From NCBI GenBank assembly GCA_951406725.2, contig OX597825.1, forward strand, positions 88,722,001 to 88,786,000: a stretch of DNA of 64,000 nt, read 5' to 3'. The notes below the pieces were generated by a model. That model made no database searches, was not told the origin of the DNA, and saw only the letters and a list, made by a program, of their open reading frames with translations. A program made the position numbers and the translations under genes. Positions within the stretch are counted from its first letter, which is position 1. Every line of letters begins with the position of its first letter. This document shows positions 28,557 to 42,441 of the stretch, piece by piece. The DNA is from Octopus vulgaris. Taxonomy: Eukaryota.

Positions 28557-30351
28557 ATGAGGCGGTGCCCCAGCATGGCCGCAGTCAAAAAACTGAAACA
28601 GTGAAGGAAAACTAAATTATTCAATTAATATCTGAATAATTCCTAAATCAAACTTTATGTTTCTATTTATGGTTCACGGAATGTGAAGAATCGTTTTTTA
28701 ATTTTTTTTATTAAGTAACAAAAAACTATATTATGAGTAAATATAAACCAACATCAAAAATTTTACTGAAGAAGATATTCTAAATAATATTACGTAACGT
28801 GGATACGGATGTACTGTAATTTTAAATGGAATTTGTTGATACGTTTGTTGTCAATAATTAATGATGATAGCTTCAATACTTTGAAAACAAAAGATTATCT
28901 TTTCCGAAATGTTAAAACTACGTTATTTCCTCATGATTAAGTTTAGAATCGATTACATTCAATTCATAAGAAACGGTTAGGACCAAACTTAAGTAGTTAT
29001 AACGTAATTTACATCTCCTCCAAAGTCAACATCTCAAACCACATACTAGTATCAATTGTACATGTTTGGTTACTAAATAGATATTTTTATATAAATCTAA
29101 TGACATCTAAAATACTCATTCGATAATTAATTCGATAATTATAAAAATATGTAGCAGTTTAAAAATTGTATCATAATCTTTACTCCCGTGATTTAGATTA
29201 GCATTTTCAAACTTTGATCCATATTTTAATTTAAATAAAATATAAATTTTAAAATAAACGATCGCCAAGACATAATCGTAATTGCAGAGTCAGGCAATTT
29301 TATTCCCATTAGAGACGCCTGTGAACTAAGCACAACTTTCATCAAATTGAAATCGTTACATTTTATATCATCATAAACACTAGTAATAACCAATGCAAAG
29401 AAATAAATACCTCTTCTATATTGACCATTTCATGTTTTATTTCAGAATAGCAATTTATATTAGAATTTTGACGAATTTAATTTCAATTTGAATTGATTAT
29501 TCTTGTAAATTTTAATGTTATCCGTTGCAAGTCTCAGTTGATATCCCAATAAATTAGTTAGTTCAGGTACTTGTACATGTAACGCTATATATATATGCGC
29601 ACGTTTTCATACAAACAGACCCCACCCCATACACGTGTGTGTGTGTGTGGATTATATATTTATGTGTGCGTTGTATATACTGCCTAAATGGCGCAAAAAT
29701 GAAAATAGCGCTCACATCACATTTTAATAGAATTACATAAACATATATTGAAATGCTAAATATGTGTATTCAATAAAATCGACATTGCGCTTTCCGAGCT
29801 GCCGTCCCTTCCTATTCACCATTAGACTCATCCAACTGCTTTCGAATCCTCTACACTGTTTTCATCAGATTGAAGTGTTCGTATTGTATCTTTCGGCGCG
29901 AATACAAAGCAGTACAGCGTGTCGTTTCAAGATATCTGACAGAGTGAATTAGCGTCATGCTGCTGTATTTCTCACAGACGGTGCCCAACTGACCATACTT
30001 GGAGTCGACAAATCAAAAACGAACAATGCGCATGCGTGAATTTAAAAATATAAGATTTCAACAATTTACCCATCACAACCTGTGTAATTTCTTTCCTTTC
30101 CTGAGCGTCCAATAACACTATACTTGTTCCACGTCCTTGCGTTGTTGTTTTCTCTCTTTGTGTTTTCATGTTTGGATTAACTATATATATATATATATAT
30201 ATACACATATATATATATATATACACACAGAAATATATGTGTGTATATATACATACATAGAGGAGAGACGTATGTAATACATTTGTTTGTTTGTACACCA
30301 CCTGACTTCGTGTTTTGTTTATTTTCGTAAACTTTCCCTTTATATATATAG

Positions 30352-30482
30352 ATATGCGTATAAGAAGGGATGACCACTAAGTGGACATCCAGTATGCTAG
30401 AAATAGATCACCTACTGTCGTAGGTGATCTTTTTCTAGCATATTGGATTTCCACTTAGTGGTCATCCCTTCTTATATGCATA
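30352..30482. repeat. ~130 bp palindrome flanked by TA-rich sequence
   Basis: TAAGAAGGGATGACCACTAAGTGG...TAGATCACCTAC tgtc GTAGGTGATCT...CCACTTAGTGGTCATCCCTTCTTA. Confidence 0.88.
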
Positions 30483-30584
30483 TATGTATATCTGAGAAAA
30501 TAATTATTTACGTTTATCGAATTTAACCACATGAATGTATTAGAAATTATTTTTATTTCTGTTAGAATAGTGACTGCATAATAC

Positions 30585-30868
30585 CAGTGGTGGACTGGCC
30601 AGGTTGACAGCTTGCCCGATGGCAAGTGGGCCATTAGAACTCATATACTTTGGCCCATGTTAGTATCTAAGGAGGCCATCCCCTCAAGATTAAGAATTTT
30701 TTATTCACTTCTGGAAGAATGCATTATTTTAACTTGGCTGTGTTTGTAGACACTTGAAATGAATACCTTTAACAAAAATAAATAAATAAATAAATGATAT
30801 CATTGTAGTTGCGGATAGGCCCCCTTAGTCTCCTGGCAACCAATATTCTTAGACCCAGTCCGCCACTG
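30585..30868. mobile_element. hAT-type MITE
   Basis: TIRs CAGTGGTGGACTGG / CCAGTCCGCCACTG; 8 bp TSD CATAATAC/CACAATAC (7 of 8 match). Confidence 0.85.
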
Positions 30869-31128
30869 CACAATACTCCTTGCAGCGTACTCCAGTAGGT
30901 ACAACAGAGAGACTTTGTCTTGCTACTTGCTTGCATTCACTCAAAAGACAGTTTCTCAGAGTGCAATATCAAGACGCCAGAAGCTAGACGAGCTGTCAGA
31001 TAAACAATATGAGTGACATACTTAAGAATTCAATCGGATGAAAACATTGTTTTTATTTTGACAACTAAATTTCAAAAAGTCTAGACACTTTTTTACATTC
31101 TAGCTTCTTGTTTTACATTCTATCTATA

Positions 31129-31174
<46 letters not shown>

Positions 31175-31590
31175 TAGAAAGATGGATAGATAGATAGACG
31201 TAATTACTTTCGAACTCATTTTTGTGAAAAGCAGAAACCATTTAATATTTAGAAATAATTATGCATTTCAGAAAGAGACTGAATACACCCGCATCAGATA
31301 CTCTTTAGACATATATTTGTTGAAAGATCTGTATTCAGGTCAAGAGACATGATATCAGAAAACGGTTAAAAAATAGTTCACACGTATACCATGTTATATT
31401 TAGGTTATGCATATCCGTCTTTTGACATCGAAGCCCATTCTGTATTTCTGAGAAAGAGAGAAGAAAACTGGAAGTGAACAATGAATATCCCATGCCAATA
31501 TGTCGCAGACACACAAACTAATGCACACGCATACACAATAAGATATGTTGAGGAATATATGACTGTGTATATATGTGTATGTAATGTGTG

Positions 31591-31648
<58 letters not shown>

Positions 31649-32966
31649 TCCCTCCCAGAATAGTGCACCTAGCACTAGTTAAATCAACGGTCCCTTCCTT
31701 ATTTAAAACCATTGGACAAGATATGTTTCTGGTGTGCTTCGCAGATAGTCACTCATTAGAATCTTGTCTGGTTATGGTTAATTTAAGAATGCTAACATGG
31801 TAATATAGAAGTTGAAGGATAGTGACATAGCTTCAATAGTAAACATGCAGCATGATTCCGGCAGTTCAATGGGGCGGAACAATGAAAGAAAATCAATTTC
31901 TTAAGGTGAAAGGCATTAAAGCAACAAGAATATCAGAAACTATTTTTGTTCGGCGAGGTAAGATAGTAATTGAATTGAAGATGTAGCAGGCAGAAGAAAT
32001 GTGTAACATTTTACTGTCATCAAGTATATGAAGTTATTTAATATCGTTCAAAATATTACTTTAATATGCGTTTAATATCCTATTTAATCTGTGTTTGCCA
32101 TAAATGGTTACCTATTTAAAATATTTCGACAGACATGTATCTGATATACTTAGATATACTCCGAGTGGATTCAATTTTAGCAACGAAAGACTGTGGGAAT
32201 CGCATTGATAACATCACTAGAGTATGTTAGCTTTCTAACTTGCAGGTAGACATACGGGAGAGGTAAGGGCTATCGGTTTTGACTATCAATATAGTGATGC
32301 CATCGATACTTTTCTCTTGATATAATCGAATGTGTAATCAGTTTATTTTAGTCTAAAATAATGAACAGTATACATTTTATATATTACAGCATTTAAATAA
32401 AAGAGAGTATGATATAAACAGACAATTCCAACGCAAAGTATATTTATCCTTTCACTTTTTCTGTGAAATATTTGGTTATATAATATACCTGCTTATTAGC
32501 AAGACAATAAATCTACAAATACGTCTGGAAATGACCAATGCATTTGAAGAGAGATATGTCTGGACAGCTCGTGTTCAATGGTTCCGTAATGCTTGACAAA
32601 TTATTACATACGAATTTGTGTTATTAAAGTTACGAAGCAAATAGGAGTGAAACGGTAATGACACCCTGGCATTTCGGAAAGCGATGTGTAGTATGCAATG
32701 ATATACCGAGAATAATTTCATTCAAAACAAAACGTCGATGCATCCAATTAACACATATTACAAGTATTCAATAAGAATTCCTGAAAGCACATTTTCACGT
32801 TGGAAACATGATGACATATGCTCTTACAGTGTGTGTGTGTGTGTGTGTGTTAGTTGATGCATATATATGTAAACATACATACATGCATACAAGCAAGCAA
32901 ACAAACATACATACATACATGCATACATTCCGAATTTGTGTAAATGTGTTTAGAATAATACATCAG

Positions 32967-34190
32967 TTGAATAAAGTTACAACATGGTCTGGTTTTCACG
33001 AATTTATTGTTATTTTAAAAACAAATATTCATTTTTTTACTATGCTGAAATGTGTTAAACATCAAAAACAACATATTTTGTAATGTTCATAAAGTTCAAT
33101 GGCGGCGCTTTCACATGTTCGTAGTAATCGCATCAGATTTGGAAATGTATTTGACTGACTGTTGAGCTCTTGACAACTGTAGTAAATTGACTGACCTCTT
33201 CCGTCTTGTACGTCTTAGAAGGCTTCAACAGGCCGATTCTTTGAAATACAGTTTTGACCAATCCACAAGTAGCGGTTTGCCAGGCGTAGCGATTTTACTG
33301 GCATAGACCCCGCCTTTATTTTAACCAATTAGCTTGCGGTTTACACGTAACAGTTTTATCAGTAATCAAACTTAGTTGGTTTCGATCATTTTTATTTCAA
33401 TTGGTGGGAGTCTTCTGTAATTTGTTTATATTCATATGTTGAAGACATTTTTTAATCCACATCATTAACTCGTTTTTGTTATTTCCGTTCAGAATAGGTT
33501 TGAACATTTTAATGAACCGTTTTTCTTTCATCTTTCTTCAAACCTCGCTTGTTCCATGTAGTTTGTGAAAAGGAAACATTAGAAGCATTTTCTGATCACA
33601 TATTCCTTCTATACGTTCGCTCAGTGGAATTTGGCTAACATTATTAGCGTTCCGAATTTTTGTCTGTGGACTCGTGTGCGTTCCGATAACGCATTTCTTG
33701 TCTCACCAATATAAAGTTCCTTGCAATTCGAGCATTCCATGCAGTAGATCAATTTTGCTTTGACGATGTTCAAGTTTTAGTGTTTCGGATTGTGTGTTAC
33801 TAGAAATGGCATTGTGTTCACTTGATGGGTTCGTCTTTCTCGTGTTGCTCGAAGTTGTCTCTGTGGCTCGTTGTATAAAGGGGGATTTTGCTTCAGCAGA
33901 AATCCTTTGAGTTCTATAAGTCGTATGGTCCTGGTATACGAATTATCTACTAAAGTGTAAACGTTTCCTGGCTAGACAGTACAGGATGTTGCATTTTCTG
34001 TGTGTTTGGTGGCATGATTTGAAATTTAGGCTCTGGTGTGTATCTGTGCTTGTGTAATAAATATCAGATGTCATTGTAGTGTTGTTTTTAATTACCATTG
34101 TGTCAAGAAATGGTAATTGTTTGTAGCTCATTTCTCTTGTGAAGTTGAGGCTAGGGTGTAGATTGTTGAGGAAGGTGCTGAAATAGCATA
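32967..34190 (-). mobile_element. Penelope-like element 3' part (RT thumb, GIY-YIG, pseudo-LTR)
   Basis: LPFLDT...DTHQSLNFKSCH, CKELYIGETRNALSERTRVH, KEKRFIKMFKPILN; pseudo-LTR with decayed hammerhead at ~33094-33146. Confidence 0.8.
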
Positions 34191-34470
34191 CAAAGAGCGA
34201 AAGAGATACCCGTAGAACAACTTAGGGCAACATGAGAAAGACGAACCCATAAAAAGTACACATCATTTCTAGTAATATACAAAATAAGCGTCACCAAAAC
34301 CTTTTTAACATCATCAAAACAAATTTACCAATCATGAAATAAAGTGAAACAGTAAAAAAAAACTAACTAACCAAACACTTAACTTAATCAAAAGGAAACA
34401 TCATAACCTAAAGAAACTATTAACAAAGGCAAAATTCAACATGAACAAACAGGATAAAACATTCACAGTA

Positions 34471-35205
34471 ACTAAGCTGAGTGAAAATTTTGTAAGGAAT
34501 AAAAAGATGATTTGGAAAGAGGTACAGAGGGTAAGGAATGAGGTTGGAGGAAGGAAAGGAAGTGAGGATGTAGAAAGGAGATGGGCAGAGTATTTTAGTG
34601 AGCTGTTAAATGTGAAAGATGATAGGGAGGCGAGTTTAGTGGCTGTGGGAGGAGAGAGGAGAATGCCTGTTGTTGAGGAATGAAACTATGGTGGAATGCC
34701 TAAAGAAAGGAGTGACAGTGATTGAATGGTTTAGTGAGGGTCATGAATGTTTGTTATATGGCCGGAAGAGTACCAAAGGACTGGTGCAGTGTCTGTATAG
34801 TGCCAGTGTACAAGGGGAAAGGGGATAAATGTGTGTGGAAATTTTAGGGGTATGAATTTGTTATGTGTGGTTGGTAAAATGGATGGGAGAATTCTGATTG
34901 TAAGGATGAAGGATAGGACAGGGAATGTACTAGGGGAGGAGCAGTGCGGTTTTAGGAGTGGAAAGGGCTGTGCAAATCATATATTTGTTGTAAGGGAGAT
35001 GTGTGAGAAGTTTTTGGCAAAAGGGAGATATGTATATTGGGTGCTTATGGACCTAGAGAGGGCGCAAGTGTTGCGGTCCTATGGAAGTAGATGGTAGATT
35101 GTAGTTTCTACAGAGAAATTAGGGCGTGCGTTAGAGTAGGTGGTGAAGTAAGTGGTTTGATGTCAGGAGGGATTAAGGGAGGGTTGTGTGATATCTCTGT
35201 GACTA

Positions 35206-35242
<37 letters not shown>

Positions 35243-35597
35243 ATGGTGTGGTGAGAGAGGTGAATGCTAGAACCTTTAGTAGGGGAGTCCAAATGGTGGA
35301 ATAAAATGAAGAGGAATGACACGTGAGTCAGTTGCTGTTTGTTGATACAGCACTGGTGGCGGATTCGGAAGAGCAACTGAGGAGAATGGTGTTATAGTTT
35401 GGAAGTATGTGTGAGAAGAAGAAACTGAAAGTGAATGTAGCTAAGAGTAAGGTGATGAGATGTTCGAGAGATGAAACGGCTGGTAGGAGGAATGTGAGTA
35501 TAAATAGTCACTGGATGTGAGTGTTTTTAAGTATCTGGGATCACATGTGACGTCGTTTGGGGGTGGGGTGGCTGAGGAAGTGGGGTATAGAGTAACC
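34471..35597 (+). pseudogene. Degenerate RTE-type LINE RT fragment
   Basis: RWAEYFSELLN, NFRGMNLL, EEQCGFRSGKGC, FKYLGS. Confidence 0.85.
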
Positions 35598-36049
35598 GAA
35601 TACGGCTTTGACTATTCTGCCTGCAGCTTAAACGTCACGGTTTGCCTGGTGTACCGATGATATTACTGGTATACATCCCGTAAACTAATTGTTTAAATAA
35701 AGGCGGGATCTATGCTAGCAATATCGCTTCGCCCGGCAAACCGTGACGTTTAAGATGAATGCGGATTGGTCAAAACCATATTCCAAAAATTCGGCTTGTT
35801 GGAGCCTTCTAAGAGGTACAAAAAGGAAGAAGTCAGTCATTTTACTACAGTTGTCAAGAGCTCAACTGTCAGTTAAATATATTTCCATTCTGATGATTAC
35901 TACTAATATATGAAAGCGCTAATTGAACTTTATTAACATTGCAAAATAAGTTTTAATGTTTAACACACTTCAATATTGCAGAGAAATTTATATATTTTTA
36001 ATTACCATAATAAAAAATGTGGAAATCCAGACCATGTTTTAACTTTATT

Positions 36050-36052
<3 letters not shown>
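35598..36052 (+). mobile_element. Inverted PLE pseudo-LTR with a fold-back 5' end
   Basis: 35678-36052 is a diverged reverse complement of 32967-33339; CTGATGA...GAAA-GCGC-TA at 35890-35921. Confidence 0.75.
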
Positions 36053-36126
<74 letters not shown>

Positions 36127-36449
36127 TACACATACATGTAAAAGTTTTGTTTTTATTAATAATCGTAAAAATCCAGAATGATTCAAGATCAGAGACTTTC
36201 GTGTGTTGATACTTTTTAAACGGGTTTCAAATCAATGGGACACAGGTTTATATACTGAGCAAATTTAAAACGTGAGACCTGTTTATATATTGGCCACCAC
36301 TTGATAAGCTTACTGTAGATCAGCTTTACCAAACCGACGCTGCTGCCTCTATTCTTTTCATAGTTTATTCTTAGTCAAGCCCTTCCCAATTGTTCATTAA
36401 ATTATTTATCCCATAATTTCTTTACAAGACCTTGTTATGGAATGTTCAA

Positions 36450-37400
36450 CTAGGTTTCACTTTTCACCACGCAACAGTCCCGTCTCCTTGCAGTTCATAG
36501 AATGGTTCACCCTCACCAGTCTGTTTGCTGTGCTAAAATTTCGTTTAAATGTTTTGAAGATGTTCAAAAAACGATTCTGCCTGTTTTTTCAAATATCTTT
36601 TTCGCACCATCGGTAATTTTCTTCCAAGTGCTTAGTCAAAACAAAATAAAATCTGATTCGTAATGCAGAAAGAGCAGCTAAAGCATTAAATAGTTCGATT
36701 TCAAATCGAACCTGTCTTAGGCAATTCTTAGGACGTCTACGATTCGCTTCTATTTCCAATGACTTTTGTTTCAACGTAACATCACCATTGTATTTGCAGA
36801 GTAAAAAGGTAATTTTCTAAAGGTATCAACGAAATAACTCTAATTGCAATAATCTGGCTTTGACACTCATGGTTACGTGTGCGATGTTATCTAGCTTCCA
36901 GTTCAAAAATAATGGAATAGTTTTAACCTTGAACGCGATGTCCGTTGATAATAGGGAACTGATCCAATAATTTTCTGCATGTATTATATTTTACATAATG
37001 AATAGTGTAAATAGTTACATGAACAGTTTTCCGCGATGAATAGATATGAGTTTTACAAATTCGATCAAAGCTTTGTTCTACATTTAAAATGATCTAGACA
37101 CATACATTCTTATCTCAGAATCCCACGCATACAAGTATTAATTAATTAATTATATAAATTTTCTAAAAAAGGAACTACATAATTCTGTTCGAAAATTAAT
37201 TTGAAAATATAACTTTTGCTAATTGTCTGCATCCCAATTCGTTTATTTGACCTGCAATCTTGAACATCCCAAATTATAAAAGTCATTTTAAGTCAATTTT
37301 TCCTAATCATGTTGTCAATAGTGTTCACTGTGAAAATCACTCTTGATTGATTTAACAAATTAATTGTGAATACTTTCATTACAAATGATACCTAATTGAG
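36450..37400 (-). pseudogene. Possible highly decayed hAT transposase
   Basis: Weak peptide resemblance only (DVQDCRS; VTLK...RFEIELFNALAAL). Confidence 0.25.
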
Positions 37401-39499
37401 GTCGGCAGACGTATTTAAAGAGTCATTCATCAAATAGTGTCTCATTGTGAGAAGTCTTTTATTAATAGTTCTTAACTACTAACACAAATTTTAACACTAA
37501 AAGAACGAAAGATGTGGTTTTTAAAAGCAATTAAATGATTCCATCGAACAGTATTTCAACTACTTTCAGAAGTTCTATGAAAATGAGAGACTTCATACCA
37601 CGTTAGAGAATATGCAAAGTAGACATAATTAGAAGACACTTTCCGAATTAATCTACAAAAGAAATAGACTTCAATGCATCTAGTAAATTGTCATTGACGC
37701 ATCTAATGAAGCACATAAAATGTCATACATAAAGCGTCGACTGTAGACACAGAGACATCTATGGCGCTTCTGAGAATATAACACAATGAAATCTCTATTT
37801 GAAGGAAATACTTTACACAATGTCGGTAGAACTTTAAGATGTAATGAAATGTTGGAATGGCAGAAAAGTGAGAAGACCGGACTGAATATCTGGCAGTATT
37901 TACAGCAGATCTTATCGTTCTCAGTTCAAATCCAGGAGGTGTAAATTTTGACTTTAATCCTTTCGGGCTCGGTAAAATAAATTATCAAATAAGCAGTACT
38001 GTTGATGTAACTAAGTCATTCCTTGCCTAAATTTCAAACATTTTTCATCAATTGCTGTTGAAAGGTGTTACCCAGAGGAATGATTAGAACTTTAAACAAA
38101 ACATATCGTGATCTTTCTTTTGTCTCTTTAACGTTTGAGTTCAATTCCAGATACAGTTACTTTTATTTTGCAGATTCTAGGATCAAAAACTATGTACAAG
38201 TCAAACATTGTGGTTGAATTGATCAAGTCACTTCATATGTCATGTCTTATATTTATATTAGTGTTTGTGTTTGTGTGTGTGTGTGTGTGTTTGTGTGTGT
38301 GCGTGTGAGCGCGCGCGAGTTAGCGTGTGTTCTAGACTATATCATAGAATGTATGGAAAGAGGTAAATATAGAATGCATATGTTTCAAAATTAAACTTTC
38401 TGTTTTATATATGGTAGATCGGAAAAGCTAAATCAAATTATCAATGAGAACAATAGTCAGCTGGCGAGTAGCACTAGGGGGAGAAATCGGATGTGTTTAC
38501 AGATGTCAAAAGAAAGTAGAAGACGGAAATCACATATAAGGGGAGGAGTTGGCGGAGAGGACAAAAGAGAATAAAAAAATTAAGGTCTCTGAGAAGCGAG
38601 GCAATAAAATTAGAACTTTGACGTTGATAGATTTATGATATCCAGAACGAATTAAAACAAAAAATAAGCAATATGGCGTGAGAGCAAATATAAGTAATTT
38701 AGGGTAACAGCCAGAACAAAGGAAGATATTATCATGCAAAAAAAAGATGAGGAAAGAACAAATATAAATAGGAAAGCATGAATGGCAAATAAAACCTAAA
38801 ACAAAGAAAAATGAATCAGCAACATTGAAAAGAAAGTCTGTGGAGAATGGCACGAATAAATCTTGTGTGGAAAAAATATATAAATATAAATGAAAAACAA
38901 TAAAAACATAAAGATATTATCGAGACACTAGAATATATGTGTGTGTGTGTTAGAGTCAATTGTTGGTGGTAATGTTGTATTTTCAGGGACGGCTTTATAT
39001 TATCAAGTCAGTTGCACTTTGGTTCCGACTCTTTCGAATATTGGATTATCTGTTTTATGCGCGGAAAGCGTTCTACTTTTGTAGATATCCCCAAAGAAAC
39101 ACAGCAGCAAAAATCGAACACGGAGACATTCTGAGAGAAATGTTGCAATTATTTTAAAAGTTTTCAAACTACTACATACACATTTCTAGAGCAAAAGAAA
39201 CAATTTTGTGAGGATTGAATGAAACTTTGATATTTCGGAAATAATAACATCAGAAATAATATATCCATCGAAATTTCCTTGCATAAACATACACTAAACA
39301 TTGAAGATATTAGTGAACGAAAGAAAGAGTAGCTGCATATTACTTCATAATTGCATTTCAACACGGACATCAAAGAGGCAATCAGAAACGTCGCTTGAAA
39401 TAACATTTCATCCCCGCATGACTCAGTTACAGACAAACACGAAGACGAAAAGAAACTGCAATGTTAGCGGAAGTGACGCATGAGTGTGTGTCAAATGTT

Positions 39500-40995
39500 T
39501 GGAGTAATATCCTCGTGTAATAAGTACTGGTCACAAGAAACGTGTTTAATAACTTGCAAGTCTATATAAGCACTTGATTCCGGAGTTTTAATTAGACATG
39601 CATTGGCAGCCAAAGACGATAGTGCTGCCCGAATATTGCAAAAGGCTTAACCGTTTTAAATGCAGCAGCAAAATCCCGATGAGAGAGAGAAACAAAAGTT
39701 CAAAGCGTGGTGAACGGCATCAATAACAGTGTCCAGTGATAGTAATTCCAAACTCGGCGTCAGTGGGAGTTTTCTTCGTTCTTGGCAGAAGAGATATTCT
39801 TGCCGTTAGCTTTGGGTGATGACTAGAGAAGCAAACGATATATTTTCTGGCACCGTAAAAGCAAATCCCCATGTTTCAATCAAATTACGGATATTAATTC
39901 CGCTCTCTTCTACCGAAGAAGTTCTCGAGAAAGCTTCCCGCTATTATAACAAGGCCCTAGCCAATAGTAGCTTCAAAGATATATTAATATATAATCCCTT
40001 TAATAATAAAATATAAATAACAGATCTAGATAAAGTAGTACATAATCACTCTAGTATCAATCAGGATTATTAGAAAGCTAAAAATAGGTCAAGGATTATT
40101 TAGTTGGTTCGCACCTCTATTTTCCCTTAATATAAAAGTTAACTTTGGCAAAAGATTTTTGTCTGTCCTAGTCAAACACTTTCCAATCCCTCACAGATAC
40201 AGGAAAATATTTAATAAGTGTTCTGTGAAATTATCCTATGACTGCTGCCCCAATATGAAGAGTATCATTACACGGGGTCAATACCAAGAGCCTGAATCTA
40301 GTTGCAACTGTCGTGACTCAGTATCAAGTGTACAGGACCCTACAACAATGTAGGACTAAATCTGTCATACACGAGGCAGACGTTGATGCAAACCTAAATA
40401 ATAATACAACTGATAAAATATATTGGATTATGTGAAAGTGAATTTTAAAATATCTATGCCAGTCACATAACCTCCTTCAGACATAGGGACACAAGTAAAG
40501 CTGTTAAGATGGCTAGCTACGTATGGAGTTTCAAAAATGACGTATTACCACATGTGATTAAATAGAAAGTATTTGAGAAATCTAAACCTTTGTTTGGCTG
40601 AAAGAGCGCAGATCCTGTTCAGGTCTAAGAACCCTAACTCTCTATTGAAATCCAAGACAGAAATTTTCAGTGGTTGCGTGCATATGTATAAATATATTTT
40701 GAAGAATTGGAAAATTCCGCCTATTCCTCTGTGACTTGATGTCTTCCCTGCCTTATCATTTAAGGGCTAAGGAGGACAGCTCTTTTACTTTTTTACTTTT
40801 TAGTTTCCGTTGTTTACTGTCTGCGTTTTCTATATGCTGTCTTCTCAGCTTTTTCGCGTTCTTCTATTATTCAATTTCTTTAGTTTGTTATGATATCTGG
40901 ATTGCGTCTGAAGAATATGTTTTTTAGTGCTGCTCTACATATGAAACTATTAGTAGCGTTCCAATATATGTATTGTGCCCTTTGTATAAATGAAT
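39500..40995 (+). pseudogene. Degenerate Penelope-like element with 3' pseudo-LTR
   Basis: SSTEEVLEKASRYYNKAL, HFPIPHRYRKIFN...KLSY, CNCR, YIGLCE; 5' limit uncertain. Confidence 0.8.
40893..40967 (+). ncRNA. Type I hammerhead ribozyme with canonical core
   Basis: CTGAAGA (40908), stem II ATATGT/ACATAT, GAAA-CTATTAG-TA, stem I TGGATTGCGT/GCGTTCCA; predicted cut after 40955. Confidence 0.7.
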
Positions 40996-42214
40996 AATAC
41001 ACACTTACACATAGACATATATATACATACATGATATATACACTCATATATATATATATGGATAAACATACATATATCTGCATGTGCGTGTATGTTTATG
41101 TGAGTATGTGAGCATGCATGCGTGTATGTGTGTGCGTACGTGCGCGTGCGTTGTGGGTGCGTGTGTGCACGAGTTTGTGAGAATTACAGATAACCACTGT
41201 CGGCAAATCGAAATTGAAAGGAAAGTAACCAGATCCTCAGATAAATAAACGATTTTGGCACAAATTCTTGAGACAATCGAACGTCAAATTTTATTTCCTT
41301 TCATAGTTTGCAGTTCATAACCATCGCGATTTTAGGATTAGTACCTCTTCATGGTTTTATTTTTCCTTTTAAATATAGAAAACTGGCTTTAAATTCTTTG
41401 ACAAATACAACTTGAAACGAGAGAAGTGCTGTAAATATTGGTATAAAATGAATTCCAATAGATTGCAATAAAACACTACAGTGTCGCCAATGCTGTGGAA
41501 TTGTTTCTATTTGTTATTTTTCAAGTAACCCTGTTAATTTAGTTCTTCACTCATATTCTTGAATACAACGGCTTACATTATTAATTATGACCTATATGCA
41601 CGCATACACATACATATATATGCATGTTTGTGAATGAGTGTCTGTATGTGTGTGTGTGCGACTGTATAATATTTATAACATATATATATTATATACTATA
41701 TAGTATATATAGTACTTATAATGTATATATAACCAGTGGGTGTCAGTCATCTTTGCTCATTCGTGCAAGTCGACACTAACTCAGGAACAGAGGTTGTCTT
41801 TGTTTGATTTTCATGAGTACCACATTGGATCGGCTCCGTCGTTTATCAGCCCACGTGCAGGATGTTTTCACAAGAAACGACTAGAATTCATGGCTGTCTT
41901 GTTTTCAATAATACATAGTCTCCATAATACCGTCTTCAGCTTGCATGTCATGTAGTCGCGAGCCGGTTGGTCATTGACCGTCAGATCATGAAACAGGTAA
42001 TAATAGGTTACACGGTACCAGCGGCAGGAGCTTCATAGCCTGACATGAAGGACGACTGTAGATCTGACATTCTGTCAAAGAGAAACTTTTCAAAATGAAT
42101 TGTGCGTTGAGGAATACACCAGCCACTTTCAAAAGTTACTCTTAGTGAAAATATTATAGCGATTGCCGTTCTACGTTAGCACGTACAATGTAAATGTATA
42201 GAATATATACATCT

Positions 42215-42441
42215 CTATAATGATAATGAAATTATTGTATACAGTGCTCAGGTGCACCACAACTTGTCAAAAGTGCGTATAAAGCATATGCAGTAATGTA
42301 CAAATGTCTGGAAAGTGAACAATGTATGAGTCAGATACTTGCTTGCGTGTGTTTGGAGGGAAGAAAATCAGGGGTAGTGACGGCGAATCTCAGGAAGCAT
42401 GGAAGTTTTGAAGGATGCAGTGCTCCGACAACTAATAACTG
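42215..42441 (-). mobile_element. CR1-type LINE 3' end
   Basis: Minus SCRSTASFKTSMLPEIR followed by a 3' UTR and a short (ATT)-like tail. Confidence 0.55.
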
